A DNA stretch of 64,000 bases, taken from Veleropilina oligotropha. Its lineage: Eukaryota. The notes under the pieces are model-generated. The model did not search any database, was not told where the DNA came from, and saw nothing but the letters and a program-made list of their open reading frames with translations. Of this stretch, positions 1 to 13,270 are shown piece after piece. The stretch is taken from contig JBEUKZ010000009.1 of NCBI GenBank assembly GCA_048128005.1, forward strand, positions 434,001 to 498,000, written 5' to 3'. Position 1 is the stretch's first letter; each line of letters begins with the position of its first letter. The position numbers and the translations under genes are program-made.

Positions 1-2904
1 AAATATAACTGGAATTAAAAAATAAATTTCAGCATAAAATAACTTAGCAAAGCATATAATATATACTTTCAAATTGGAAGAACTATGTTTCATTTATTTA
101 GCACATCTTGAGAATCTGTTTATATTAGTACATCAATCACAGCAGTCAATCCCGGGCAAGAGTGGGAACAAACATACAGACATGAATACAGTATACGCAT
201 ATGTACAACAACGCGGTATTCATCCTACAACATTATCAATAAAACAAATACCCTGACATAAATAATCTTGCACAAAACAAGTTGAAACTGTTAGCATACT
301 GCTTAAACTACAATTTAGCAAAACTTAACAAAATCTTTGATAATATTCAAATAAATCAACTGAACAAAACAGCACTAGTCTTCTCCTATTTGCCATGATG
401 CAGCATAGCCATGCACGGTCTCAACGATGCATAAAAGTCAGTTTTTCATGATTTATTAGTATCACACTAATGTACATGTAGTTGGTTCACTACTTTGCCA
501 AGACAAATCTGTTAGCTTTGAAATTTGAGTCCAAACACTGTAATATTTGATGGATCATAATTTCTCCGGGTACTACAAGTCATTGAAATAACTGCTGCAT
601 AAAATTTTACACCTAGGTCTACAAATTTTGAGTCTTGCAATTTTGCATTACTGTATACATAAATTTCATATATAGCTTCTTAGATTAAAACTACGCTAAT
701 TTGTTTCTGCTGTTACTGAGTACATGTAAGCACTACCAAATGTGAGACAGAATGATCGCTCATAGTAACAAAACATTTCTTCATCAAATACACGCATCCC
801 ATGATTGTGTTTTGCGTCGAATACCGACAATATGACTAAATTAACATTCCAAAATTAAAATAACATGGTATTTGGCAAGTTACGGAAAGTTTTGGCAAGG
901 ACGTTATGATATGAATATACACATCTATACAATGTTGGATCTAAAAAATACTATCATCTTTAAACACCGGCAAACACACATGGCTGAACTCTAAGTGTAA
1001 ACAGGGAAATTAACATGGCTGTGAATGCAAGCTTCCTATTTCCTTTCTGTCTGTACAGGGATCCCTGTGTATTTAGCAGACGGTGATATCGCATTCCATC
1101 ACGCCTATTAGGTAACACCCCCTACACAGATGAAGCTGAATTGCTCATGTCAACAGCAGAGCCTAGTTCAGTAGTTGGCCTTATTTACTAGATGCTCAAA
1201 TTAGAAACAGAAAGATATTTCAAAGTTCATTTTGTAATTGTTTTGATGAAACAGGGACTTTATTATGGAAACGATGTACTAATATAGTACTCCTCGTAAA
1301 TTGAAGTATATGAACAAAGATTCTGTATTCTTATTTTTGTAAAAATGGCAGCAAATGGGTGATAACTGCAGATAAATTTGACTGTCAAAGAGGTTAAACA
1401 GTTACAACTCCATAAAATTCATACAGTATAGTTTGTCACCAGACTAAATTTAAATCAACTCATTTTGTGTTTTATATTGTTATGCAATGAATGAATGATA
1501 AGACTTTCAATAAATAGTATTACACAAAGTCAACATCTTTCCTTCTAAAGTATTAAATCACAATGTCAAAATAAATATTATAGTATGTACAATTTCTACA
1601 TTGTTCCAATAGTATCTGAATAATTATTTAATGTGTTAATAATTATACAATGAAAACACTCTCAGTCCACATTAATTCCCATAAAATATTAGATCACAAC
1701 TAACATATTAAACCGCATTCCACGTCGGTAATTAATGACTAGTTTATCCATAATGACCTATGGACATAACTTAATGGACATCAAAAACAGGACAAATCAG
1801 GAAACATAGACGATGATGTACACGTGATGGCTACGACGTCTACCCATCACCTTATTGGCGATCCCTTCATGGCACGGTGATCAAATCACAATCAACGGTT
1901 TGAGAGTAAACAGGGAACAAAATCACTACAATATGCACCATTGGTTAATGCGAACATGAACGTGACATCACACCGCATTATTACATGCCCAAACGACCGG
2001 AGCTTCCCCATAATTCACGATATCATCTTGTTTCAAAACCAAGCCTGTTTAGCATCAACGACAATGTTCATCAATGAAGAAAGATGTTTAGCCAATCGCT
2101 GCAAGACTATCAACCACGTTCTTTGAGCAACCCTTCATAAGCCACACTTTCATTGGCTGGAACATGTCACATGACTTGGTTGCATGGATAGTAAATTCAA
2201 GACCTAAACTTGGTCATCACCTGGAATAAAAATAGAACAGCACTTAATTATATTATATATCAGATACGCAAGAGCAAACATCACGCGACCAAGGCCATTC
2301 GATAATGACCGAAACGTCGGAAATTTTAGTTTAAAAAAAAGTTCTAATAGTATGTATAAAATACCTACAAAATCACTTAATTATGTATTTGCAAAGCTAA
2401 TGCAGATATGTTCTAACACATCATGTTCTTGAGATTGTTGTAACCAGTTAAAATATGTGACATAAAAATTAAATGCATATAATACTTCAATCCCCTTCAT
2501 TATGTTGTTTCTCCAAATAATAACATTTCCAATTAACGATCCGAGTTGACCTTATTTACTCTACAGTGTTAATCCACAGAGATTAAAGTTCTGAAAAAAC
2601 ATGAGCATAAATGTTTTGAAGATATGAAAAATTGCCTGAAAGGGAGAAATATGGATATTTTTGACAAATATTCGACAGGTGTATTCTACATTATATGGTC
2701 CCTATAGCTGCAAAATCCATATGACATACTGCATGATGCAAGCTAAGATATCCACACTACTCCATTTAAATGTCTTTGCTTTAATTAACACCAATATAAG
2801 TTACACAATAATTATTATCCCATTTTCTGTTTTGTAATGAAGATGATGATGGACATGATGATTCAGCTCTTCGGTCACAGAGACCATGATGGTGGTACCT
2901 GAAT

Positions 2905-3147
<243 letters not shown>

Positions 3148-3453
3148 TCAGGAAATTATTTCAAACATATCATATATATCGATTGAATGCTTGTTGCCTT
3201 CTTTAACACTCATGGTCATATTGAGACACATTGAAGGGCCTAGAACACTCGGCGAAATGAATCCACCCTCGCACGTTAGAGACTACAACAACTGCTTGCT
3301 AAAAATCGCCTTCACTCACACTTTCGAGAACAACGCCACCTGCTGATTGAGAGTTACTCTCTTCCCAATCTCGTAATACCACTAGACCACGGTGCTGTGG
3401 CCATAGTGTGATGAATATTAAAACTATTGTTCATCAGATATAACTTGGCATAC

Positions 3454-3629
3454 CTGTATGTGTTCTTCGATGAGCTTTTAGATGAGAACTTTTTGTATAA
3501 ACTTTGTTGCAACCATCAAAGTCGCAGCTATGCACACGTCGCTTTTTTTGGCTATCGGCAAATGCATCACAGTTCATGGAAGACACCGGATATGGTCGCT
3601 TGACGCCTTGTTCTATAGATTTAAACTGC
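3454..3629 (-). CDS. KLF3/8/12: KLF exon with basic NLS-like KKRR and zinc finger 1
   Basis: Acceptor tttctttggcAG (phase 2), donor ACAG|GTATG (phase 1); ...[34 protein letters not shown]. Confidence 0.92.
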
Positions 3630-3994
3630 CTGCCAAAGAAAGCATGTTCAGTTAACTCATCATTTCTGAAAGCAACGACTTGTGTACGAACATTTTCCAT
3701 AGAGCTCAATGCATACAAAACTGTGTTACGTGTATTTGTTTAATAAGTCAGTGTACAACAAATTAATCATGCAGACAACTGTGAAGCTGGAATGTCATGT
3801 ATAAATGTAAGCAGGAGGTAATTGTGATGTTGTGAGAGCATGTGATCAACAATTACCTTTCCAAATTTTAACTCTCCCAAAGTATGCATATATTTATTAA
3901 TACATAAATTACTTTTATCATATCACATCAATTAATTTTAATACTGCTTAAATTCAAATACAGTAATGACAAAACTGTGGCAACATAGACATAC

Positions 3995-4091
3995 TCGGAC
4001 GCTTCTTTAATTCGCTGCAGTGATAACAGAGCGACAGAACCGATTTTATTCCCCTGATCCAGCATCACGCTGTTGTGGTCCTCCGGGTCAA
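3995..4091 (-). CDS. KLF3/8/12: KLF internal exon (VDPEDHNSVMLDQGNKIGSVALLSLQRIKEASE)
   Basis: Acceptor ttgttctttcttgcAG, donor GA|GTATGT; 97 nt, open, phase 1 in and phase 2 out, bridging the neighbouring exons exactly. Confidence 0.8.
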
Positions 4092-4519
4092 CTGCAAGAA
4101 AGAACAAACGTCAATGGAATATGTTCGTAAACGGTGGCACAATATGGAAGATTGCGCAAATTCATATACTGTACATCATTTCAGTGCATGATTATTTTAA
4201 TGCAGTATGTTCTCTGTTTCACATTAATTGCTACCCAACTAAAGAAATAACAGAAGACATCACGAGAAAGCAGACATTATAACATATTCACATTTTCAAA
4301 ATTATAAAACAAATCAAACACTTAACCCATAATACTTTCATATCAGTCATTTCAATCAATTAATGTTTGTTTTTTGTGTTTTATTGTCCCAATGACATCA
4401 ATAGACATAATATTGAGACCTGACCATTTTATCTTTGGACAAATGCCCGGTGAAACCCACCTGGTCAGTCTAGTTTTTTACTATACTGTGACTTTTAACC
4501 CCACAAAGTGCTAAGCCAA

Positions 4520-4760
4520 GGACTGTAACTCACTCCTGTTAAACATCAGTCAGCTGAGAGAATCAGAGGGACTGTAACTCACTCCTGTTAAACACCAGTC
4601 AGCTGAGATAATCAGAGGGACTGTAACTCACTCCTGTTAAACACCAGTCAGCTGAGAGAATCAGAGGGACTGTAACTCACTCCTGTTAAACACCAGTCAG
4701 CTGATAGAATCAGAGGGACTGTAACTCACTCCTGTTAAACACCAGTCAGCTGATAGAATC
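4520..4760. repeat. 49-bp tandem repeat (~5 copies) inside a minus-strand tRNA-SINE-like element
   Basis: Unit ggactgtaactcactcctgttaaacaccagtcagctgagagaatcagag repeats at 49-nt spacing. Confidence 0.85.
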
Positions 4761-6450
4761 GGACGCCATTATTATCCACTGGACCGCCAGGCAGCTACTA
4801 ATAAATTTATACTTAAGCATAAATGTGACGTCATTCTATTGTCTTTGCCCATGGCTTAACTAGCCATATTTTCAGTTAAACCTCGAGGACTACTTTCTTT
4901 CACTATAATATAATAATGAGTTTATGATCTTATTAAAACCATATATTTTAAATCAGTTCACATTTTTGCAATGGTTTAATTCAGTTATATCACTCGGTTT
5001 TTGTTGTCTAATCGAAGAAGCCCGTGCAGTTAAACAACTTGCATGACTCACCTTGTGGTTTAACTGCAGGCTTCTCCGATAAGACAACCAAACCTTGTCG
5101 TAAAACCTATACATAATATATTTTATTTTATAATGCAATTCAACACATCAATTGTAAGACCTCTGAGAATCGCATGCCTACATTAATTGTGATGAATTTC
5201 ACTTTAAATTGGCAAACTATGTCAAGAATATGACCACGCGCGTAATAAGTGGTCATTAAAATTGAAACATTTTTCAGGACATGCTAGAACGATGAGTAAA
5301 GAAGCTTCAGCTTGTGGTTAAATCAACAGCAATTGTGGCTAATACTTTAACAGGGCCTGGTTAAATATAAGTTCTTCTTCATTAACGACCGTATGAGTTT
5401 AAGCACTGACTACGCCCTTCGGTAGCTTAACCAAAACATCGTTGATGGAGTTAGGTGTGACCGGGTCGTTGGTAAACAAATCGGCAAGAGGCACAGCTGA
5501 AAAGTGACAGACAAACAAAAAACAGACAAACATAACTTGCACTTTCGGTCCTTGAATTTGCTCAGTGTGAGTCGTGCCACCGCAGTCTAAACATTGTCCG
5601 TATTTGAGGATCATTACTGCGGACCCGTTGTTACCGAACGCGAACCGCGATGGAAAATTAAATACGTATAGCGATTCAAATAAATCTAATTCATTCTCGG
5701 GCTGGTTTGTTGGCCGCATCTAAATAACGGCGGTCGGACACCTAAGGTGTCAAATATGGTTATTAAGCGGCACGGCACACAGAAGCTTTATCCACACTCG
5801 TCGGCCCAACCCTCTCTCACTACACACTCAAATGGGTTGGACTTCTATTTGCATTGCTAAATCAACTTGAAAGCCAAAACAAATATCATTAAAGTGTTTA
5901 TACAATCATTTTCCATAAAACCAGAATTATTGCCGATCACATTACCACTGCTATGAATGGATGCTCGGTGTTAGTTTTTAAGCTCACGAATGTTACTTTA
6001 TATCTTGCAGCTATGCGATGACAGCCGTACACATCCACTGCATTCAGCTGGTGGATGTGAATCTAAGGAGTTTACCCGCAAATATCTAGCAGAAACCACG
6101 CCAAAGAACGATGAAAATCGTGGGGCATGCATGGATAGAAATAATGTTTGATAATGTGTGAAAGTAGGCAAGGGTAATTTGATAAAGAAATGTTTTACTC
6201 TATTCTGAACTAAAAATGGCAAATAAAAAAATATACCGGTATACGAGTTGAAAGTCTCATTTGTAAACGTTAACTGTTTACAAACACTGCCCAAAATTTA
6301 CCAATTAACAGGAGATTCTTGCAGTAAACAAACAAAACTTCACTAAATTGCCTAGCCTGATTACATCACTAAGTGGTGGTGTCCAATTTTAGAACATTCC
6401 AAATAACGTGAATAACTAAAAACCTACACAATATAGTGTGCTTTTAATAG

Positions 6451-7348
6451 TAACAAGTGTTTGCCACTAAAGTGGCAATAGTCCCCCATTTATGTTATTG
6501 AGCGCATCTATGATGCCAAAATGAATGTATCAGTAACGAGCATCCTGTGACAGGAGAAATGTGGTGAAATGGGATCTATTGAGATATCGTGCTAACAACA
6601 ACTGAACGAGTAAAAGAGTAAACTGCATCATGTGACCTTTAAAATGAGGTCAAAGTCACCATAATGGACTGGGGTCGGCAGTATCCCTCAATGCATCTAT
6701 CCACCAAATATAAATGAAATTGGTTCATTCCGTTTTGAGATATCACCATAAAAAAACGTGACCTTGAATATGAGGTCAAGGTCACCATAATCGTCTGGGG
6801 TCGGCGCTATTTCCAAATTCATCTATCCACAAAATTTCAATGAAATCGGTTCATTCTGTCTTGAGATATATATTGCGCCAACAACAATTGATTGAGCAAA
6901 ATAGTACACTGTATGTACCCTGTGACCTTGAAACCGTGGTCAAGGTCACCATAATCTACTGGTGTCGGCGGTAACCCCAAAGGTATCCATCCACCAAATA
7001 TAAATGAAATCGGTTCATTCAGTCTTGACATAACGTGCTAACAACAATTGAATGAGCGAAATTGTCAAGTGCACCCTGTGACCTTGAAAATGAGGTCAAG
7101 GTCACCATAATCGACTGGTGTCGGCAGAATCCCCAAAGGTATCTATCCACTAAATATAAATGAAATCGGTTCATTCAGTCTTGAGATATCGCGCTAACAA
7201 GCTCGGACGGACGGATGCCCGGACGGACGGACGGACGGAGCCGAATACTCTAGTCCCCGCTTCGCTTGCGGCGGGGGACTAACAAGCTCGGACGGACGGA
7301 CGGAGCCGAATACTCGAGTCCCCGCTTCGCTTGTGGCGGGGGACTAAT
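6451..7348 (+). mobile_element. Non-autonomous HINE/pearl-like (Helentron-associated) element with ~140-bp internal tandem repeats
   Basis: Starts AACAAG + short hairpin + agtcccc; internal units containing gtgaccttgaaaatgaggtcaaggtca; (GGAC)n; terminal agtcccc...ggggact hairpin, with the terminal module duplicated. Confidence 0.7.
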
Positions 7349-7589
7349 AAAATACTGACATGATGTAAATCATTAAAGAACGATGAATCTGAAGGTATTA
7401 GAAATTTACTTCATTGAATATTTAAATGAAGTGATGAATTGGTGTTATCACTGGCCACGCTAACAGTATTTCTGTCATAAATCTGGTCAATCGACTTGGA
7501 ATGAAACGAATGATCATGGAGATTTGTGAACATCCCAGACACACCAGGGATTTAACCTTAGACCTTCTATTGATATATTATTAATATAC

Positions 7590-8990
7590 CATTTTATCAC
7601 ATGAATGCTGTGTTATGTTGGCTTTCTAGCCATTACATAACACATGTTATTAAACCGTGACATAACATTGTTTTGACGATTGTGATTGGTCAATAAAACG
7701 TCATCACTATCAATGCGCCGTACTATTTTAATTACTGCTTTGCGAAAATGGATAAAATTATCGTAAACAAATATGAAATCAGGTGTAAAATAACTATAGA
7801 CGGAAGAGGATAAGCCACTGTTTTGAATGTGATAACAAATGAACAAGGTGTACAAGTTTATACATGTTTAATTGACGGTACCGACATAGAAATAGACTTT
7901 CCACAAGATCGTATGGCTACGAGTTCGAAACCCCCGAGTGCCGAGCAGCCAACATAAATTTCAATCATAAACAACAGGTTCGTCTCGGTTACGGACACAG
8001 ATGTTGAGGACATTGTAATCGCACAAGCAAACATAAATACCAAAAGCAAAACATTATATGATTTACAACTACTTGCCCGTTTTCTTTCGCAGCCTCAAAT
8101 TAATGAACGTAGAAGTATCCAAGATATTCCACCTGCAGATCTCAATAAACTTTTGTGTAAATTAACAAATCACAGCACTCGTAAATTCATGATTCAGTCT
8201 TTAAATGATAGCAATATTCCACCAAATCAAATAATGCAAATATCCGGTCATCGAAACATCCAGTCTGTAAATAACTATAGCCATTTAAATCACGAGCAAC
8301 ATCGCCAAATATCAAATATAATTAATTCCAAATCGCTCGCGAGTCGCGAGTACTTCATCCAGCAACGAAGGTGCCGACCGTACATTTGTCTCCGGAGTCC
8401 AGCATGATGCAACAAGCAGTATTTCTTCTCGGCAAACATCCGTCGTAAATGTTAATAGGTGGAAATGTGTCGGGAGGAAGCATAGAAGTGCATATTCACA
8501 GCGATACAATTCCAGCCACTGGGCACGATACGGTCGCTACGGCGCATTCTCCAGAATGAAAATTAATATGTTATTGTCTATAAATAATTGTTTACTGTCT
8601 GGTTGATATCTGTTTATAACGAACATCCAAATTCCTAAATATTGTTTCGAGTTATTGCTAATAAATATTTGTTAATAGTTATGTTACAAACACGTTACTA
8701 GTATTTATATCAGTGTTTCTGGGCTTTTGCAAGCAGACTTTTTTAAAGTGCGCACTACACAACGAAGTGATTTGGTTTATTCAACAACGACTAATATACA
8801 AGTATTGCAGTGTAATTGCCATATTTGTAGTAATGTGATAAAAAGAACATTAAACTCGATCCCATTTCATATCAAATTTATGTCACTCGTGATGAAGTTT
8901 TTATTTCACTCGCAAAGGCTCGTGAAATAAAAACTTCATCACTCGTGACATAAATTTGATATGAAATGGGATCTCGTTTAATATCCTCTA
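7590..8990 (+). mobile_element. Crypton-like YR DNA transposon, internally deleted
   Basis: YR remnant inside; subterminal inverted repeats ttttatcacat (7592-7602) / atgtgataaaa (8833-8843); long terminal hairpin 8849-8982. Confidence 0.75.
7913..8407 (+). pseudogene. Crypton (CryptonA/KCTD1-ZMYM DUF3504-like) tyrosine recombinase remnant
   Basis: One frame: RFVSVTDTDVEDIVIAQANINTKSKT...ERRSIQDIPPADLNKLLCK joined to LTNHSTRK...IMQISGHRNIQSVNNY (H-x-x-R, GH, Y catalytic motifs); in-frame TAA at 7955. Confidence 0.75.
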
Positions 8991-10427
8991 TATATTTTTA
9001 TATATAAAATAAATAATTGTTTTTGTAATATTTTTGTTTGGCAAGTTAATAGGGATGTCATATTATTAACTAATGGAAATTATTCAAATAGTCAGATCTC
9101 ACTGTCATATATAACATGTGTTATGAACATGTGATCAAGTGGAAACATGAATACTGTAACCCTACCCTACATAAGAGCACAAACTGTATAGATATATGCA
9201 TTTCAAAAAACTAAATCCTCTTATTTAATTTCTACTTGTACCCAATAATATTGACCGCATAACCTGATATTAAGCATTGCGTCAGCACAACTAACGTTCT
9301 TCCTATGTTAAACAATTACGGCATATTCGTAATAGGCATTATTTATATCTCCAGAATTTACTGCCTACTTTTACACAATAGCTAACTAACAAGTCTTCCT
9401 GTTTCGATGGAAAGGCCCAATAGTTATTATGTTTTGTAATGAAATGAGTTCGCGAAAGGTTAACAACCGACACAATTTTATCAATTTAAAAATTCAGAAA
9501 ATGTGAAATAACACTCTTGTGACCAAGCAAATGCTCTGATCACGTTACGAGACCATGACAATACCACGACACGCAACAAAGAAAACACGCATATATAAGT
9601 GTGAATAATTACTTCTTTATCTGACACATAACAGGTACCATGTTTTTATGGAGGTCTATCCAAACAATAGAATAATGGATGGGTATTCGTTGCTTCTGGC
9701 ATCTCCGAGGTGTCAATTTATCATGAACGTTGTCCACAAAATAGTCATTGTCATTTATTGGAGTGGTCTGGTGACTACATGGTTCCGATACTAAGCAAGA
9801 AAGCTAAGGACTGTCGAATGAGTCATTATGACTCATAAAATTTTGTTACGGCTGTTGCTGCTTCCATTGCACAGAGTTTTCATATAGCCTGTTGACCGAT
9901 CATCTAAAACTTAAACGCACTGATCTGCAATCCTGCATTGAGTAATTCTATTAACTGCCTTATAGAACAACAACAATTATGGAAATATTTTTATCATGAA
10001 CAACATTATGGGGAAATCTGTTGACAAGGGGGTAATCTGTTGATAAGGGGGTAATCTGTTGATAAGGGGGTAATCTTTTGATTCAGGGGTGATGAGAGAG
10101 TATATGGCACACAACAGCCTAGCACTGGTGTGAGAAGCAGTTCTGGCACACCTAATTTTGGCCATGGTTGCTGTTGGAACTGGCCTCTTAAAACTCCATT
10201 ACGCCACTGCCACCTTGTGATTCAGGTCTTATACATACTCAACATGTCAAACTATTTCTCAGCTTGTCAAATATTCATATTATTTCTACGCTTTCTGTAA
10301 CTTGAAATAGACATGATGATATTCAAATTGTTACTCACAGTCGACCATTTTAATGCAAACGTAAGATTTTCAAAATAAAGAAAAATGTTTTCCTGTAGCA
10401 TAACATTTGATATCATATGGGCTATTA

Positions 10428-11297
10428 TAAGTTGTCGGCATTGCCCGAGGGGAATATGGGTCTATGTACCTGTTTGTGATAATTTATTAACCGAGACGAA
10501 GTCGAGGTCAATAAATTCTCACAAACGGTACATAGACCCATATTTCACGAGGGCTATGCCGACAACGAATTTATCTTACTTCAATATAATAAAATCTAGC
10601 CTTTTGAACAAGTTTCTTTTTCAACTTCGTTACTCCGTAAAAGAACCCATTTTATATATTCTATTGTTGTTACTAAAAAACCGCGTTCCTAACATTGTTT
10701 TCAGTTCTGCCGAAGACCATGTGTAAAACTTCATGTTCAATATAAAAATATTCCTTCCGTTATAACTGTGATATTTTAGCATAATTGGCATGATTATTGA
10801 AAAATACACAAAGTATGTTTGTGGCAAATACATGCATATACAATATACATTATATATATATTGAAGATATTCCGATGCGCCCATTAGAATGTAATAATAA
10901 TGCCTAGCAACCGTCACTCTCCAGGCATAAAAATTAAGAATACTCCATACAGTGCGGTAAAGAAATGACGTCTCTGCACAGGAGAATAATAGGAAGTCGA
11001 AGTAAACACCAAAATTTACTAAATAAGGATAATTGAATATTTATTTTACATAAAAATGTCAAAAGTGTAAACCGTTACGACTATAAAATGAAATTGATGC
11101 AAAATTTTCGAAACGATGTACGATTCCATGACTTAACATTTGTATTGATGTTTTGGCAGACGACATGTTCACAATTATCTCCCTTGTCTTTGATATAATA
11201 AATAATTCATATACCCCGCCTGGATGGGGAATACGGTAATTGTCGAAGGAATGTTAACCAATCAGATTGCAGTATTAAGAGCTAAAGTAAGATAAAA
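10428..11297. mobile_element. Non-autonomous Crypton-like hairpin element
   Basis: Hairpin 10431-10566, then inverted repeat tttatcttactt (10570-10581) / aagtaagataaa (11285-11296). Confidence 0.6.
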
Positions 11298-11396
11298 TAT
11301 CATATCAAGCTTGCTTTGAAAATATCACACTCTACTATATCTCGTATGATGTTGTCAAACATCTTTTCAAAATCAAAATGCATTATATATAAGGTC

Positions 11397-11690
11397 AGCC
11401 GCCCAATGGTGTAGTGGATATGAGCGTGGATCTCCGTTTACTGCCTGACTGCTCTGATCACAGGATTGGGTTTGGATCCTGCGCTGGTGCAGTTAACAGT
11501 CACATTTTTCCATACATGTCCGGTGCAGGTGGGTCATCTCGGGTACCGGGCTTTACCACCGCAATAAAATGATTTCGACCAAATCCTTTGGGAAAAACAC
11601 TTGTGATATCATCTGTGTGAACAATATCATCTGTTTGAACAATATCATTTATCAGTGATCTGTGGTGTGGTAATCAAATCAAATTCCCAT
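11397..11690 (+). mobile_element. tRNA-derived SINE-like copy
   Basis: Head tggtgtagtggat (A-box-like) and gggtttggatcc (B-box-like); similar head at 63676-63760; (aaatc)n-like tail. Confidence 0.5.
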
Positions 11691-11890
11691 ACGTTAAAGA
11701 ATTATTACCTTGTATAGTCCATCATATTAAAATATCAATACAAAGCGCATACTTGACCATTAGTAACATGTCGATCTGCATTATTATTGTACAGCTAAAC
11801 CGATATACTACGAACAGTCTAATAGTACAAATTAAATATTACCTGTAGATACAGGTATAAATTTTTACAATGCATGTAATTGTATCTCAC

Positions 11891-11993
11891 CTTTTTTACC
11901 GACTCGGAGATCTAATCCCTGATGTGGATCGTGAAATTCGGCTTGAAATTGTTTCTTGGTTATTGTTAAGTCGACCGGTTCCGTCTGTACGGG
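11891..11993 (-). CDS. KLF3/8/12: KLF exon encoding the CtBP-binding PxDLT motif (PVQTEPVDLTITKKQFQAEFHDPHQGLDLRVGKK)
   Basis: Acceptor ttttgctttcatttacAG, donor AAG|GTGAGA; 103 nt, phase 0 in and phase 1 out; QTEPVDL[S/T] is the KLF3/8/12 signature. Confidence 0.9.
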
Positions 11994-12425
11994 CTGTAAA
12001 TGAAAGCAAAAATCGTCAATGTCCCTGTATATCATTCTGACCTTCCGTAGCTTTTATCTTTTCTGTTTTATATTTGCAGAGGCTCCAATACACTATCTGT
12101 CTGTGTATTATTTGTATATCAATTTGATTTCCTGAGCACTCTATCCAACCACATCCTAGACAGTGTACTGCATTTAGACTGACAGGAAATTTCTTGTGAG
12201 TCACAAAGTCGCTGCCGAAGGTCCCCCACAAAGAAGGAGTGGACACTTCGCCTATCATGCCTTTGAGCACAACCAAACAATGCGATGACACGGCCCAGTG
12301 ACTCTGACATACATCCGCCATTCTGTTTGTTATAGCTTATAGCATAAATATGTATAAGTCTGTGACACACATAACGGGCTGAGGCTTAGATTACATATAG
12401 ATTGTAGGCTTGATATATATATATA

Positions 12426-12778
12426 TTTACACAACGGCTCTTTTGTTTTAACGAGGTTGGTATTCAGCGTGAACACCTTGTTTTCAATGACGATTCAAAA
12501 GTAGGGTGGTATAGCCATACCAACCTACTTTTCACTCTATACCGACCTGCGTCCGTGCAAGACGGCTAAAGCTGATCACAAGCTAAATTGACAACAAAGG
12601 AGCTATAATTGGCCGTTGTGTAAGTCGGTTACAAACCTCGTTAGTCGGTATTCATCTATTTGAAAGGCCTGCTTCCGTGCTGTAACACCTCGACCGCTCC
12701 GCGGTCTCGGTGTCACGATCCGCACGGGCGCAGGTCTTTCAAATCGATGAATACCTCCAACTCGGTTAGTAACCTATA
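12426..12778. mobile_element. Non-autonomous Crypton-like hairpin element
   Basis: Inverted repeat ttacacaacggc (12427-12438) / gccgttgtgtaa (12612-12623) followed by imperfect hairpin 12627-12774; TA-rich flanks. Confidence 0.6.
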
Positions 12779-13110
12779 CATATATATATATATGTGTGTA
12801 TGTATGTAAAGAGTGGGTAGTGATGGAAGGAAATATCATTTGACTTGCCAATTTTTTGACAGACTATGGTAATAAATTTGTCAATCAAAAATGCTCATAT
12901 ATAAGTCGGAACCTTGGTTTAACGTTTTCGTTCTATTAGATTAAAGCAGTAGAATTAGCTACATACGCCACGAGTTTCACGCTCATGACCAACCATATCA
13001 CGCAACGTCTTTCCGACGCTCTAATATGTTGACGTTATATGATATATGGTAGGTAGAAGGATCAACTACATGCACGTTGATGGTCTGATCAAAATTCACA
13101 GACTAAACAT

Positions 13111-13270
13111 GTCAGGCGGTACTCTACATAGTCAGGCGGTACTCTACATAGTCAGGCGGTACTCTACATAGTCAGGCGGTACTCTACATAGTCAGGCGGT
13201 ACTCTACATAGTCAGGCGGTACTCTACATAGTCAGGCGGTACTCTACATAGTCAGGTGGTACTCTACATA
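13111..13270. repeat. 20-bp minisatellite x8
   Basis: (gtcaggcggtactctacata)8 with one substitution in the last unit. Confidence 0.95.

Noticed and set aside
4520..4760. Regular repeats (also 13111-13270) resembling a CRISPR array
   Set aside because: Pure tandem units without unique spacers, no cas genes, eukaryotic context.
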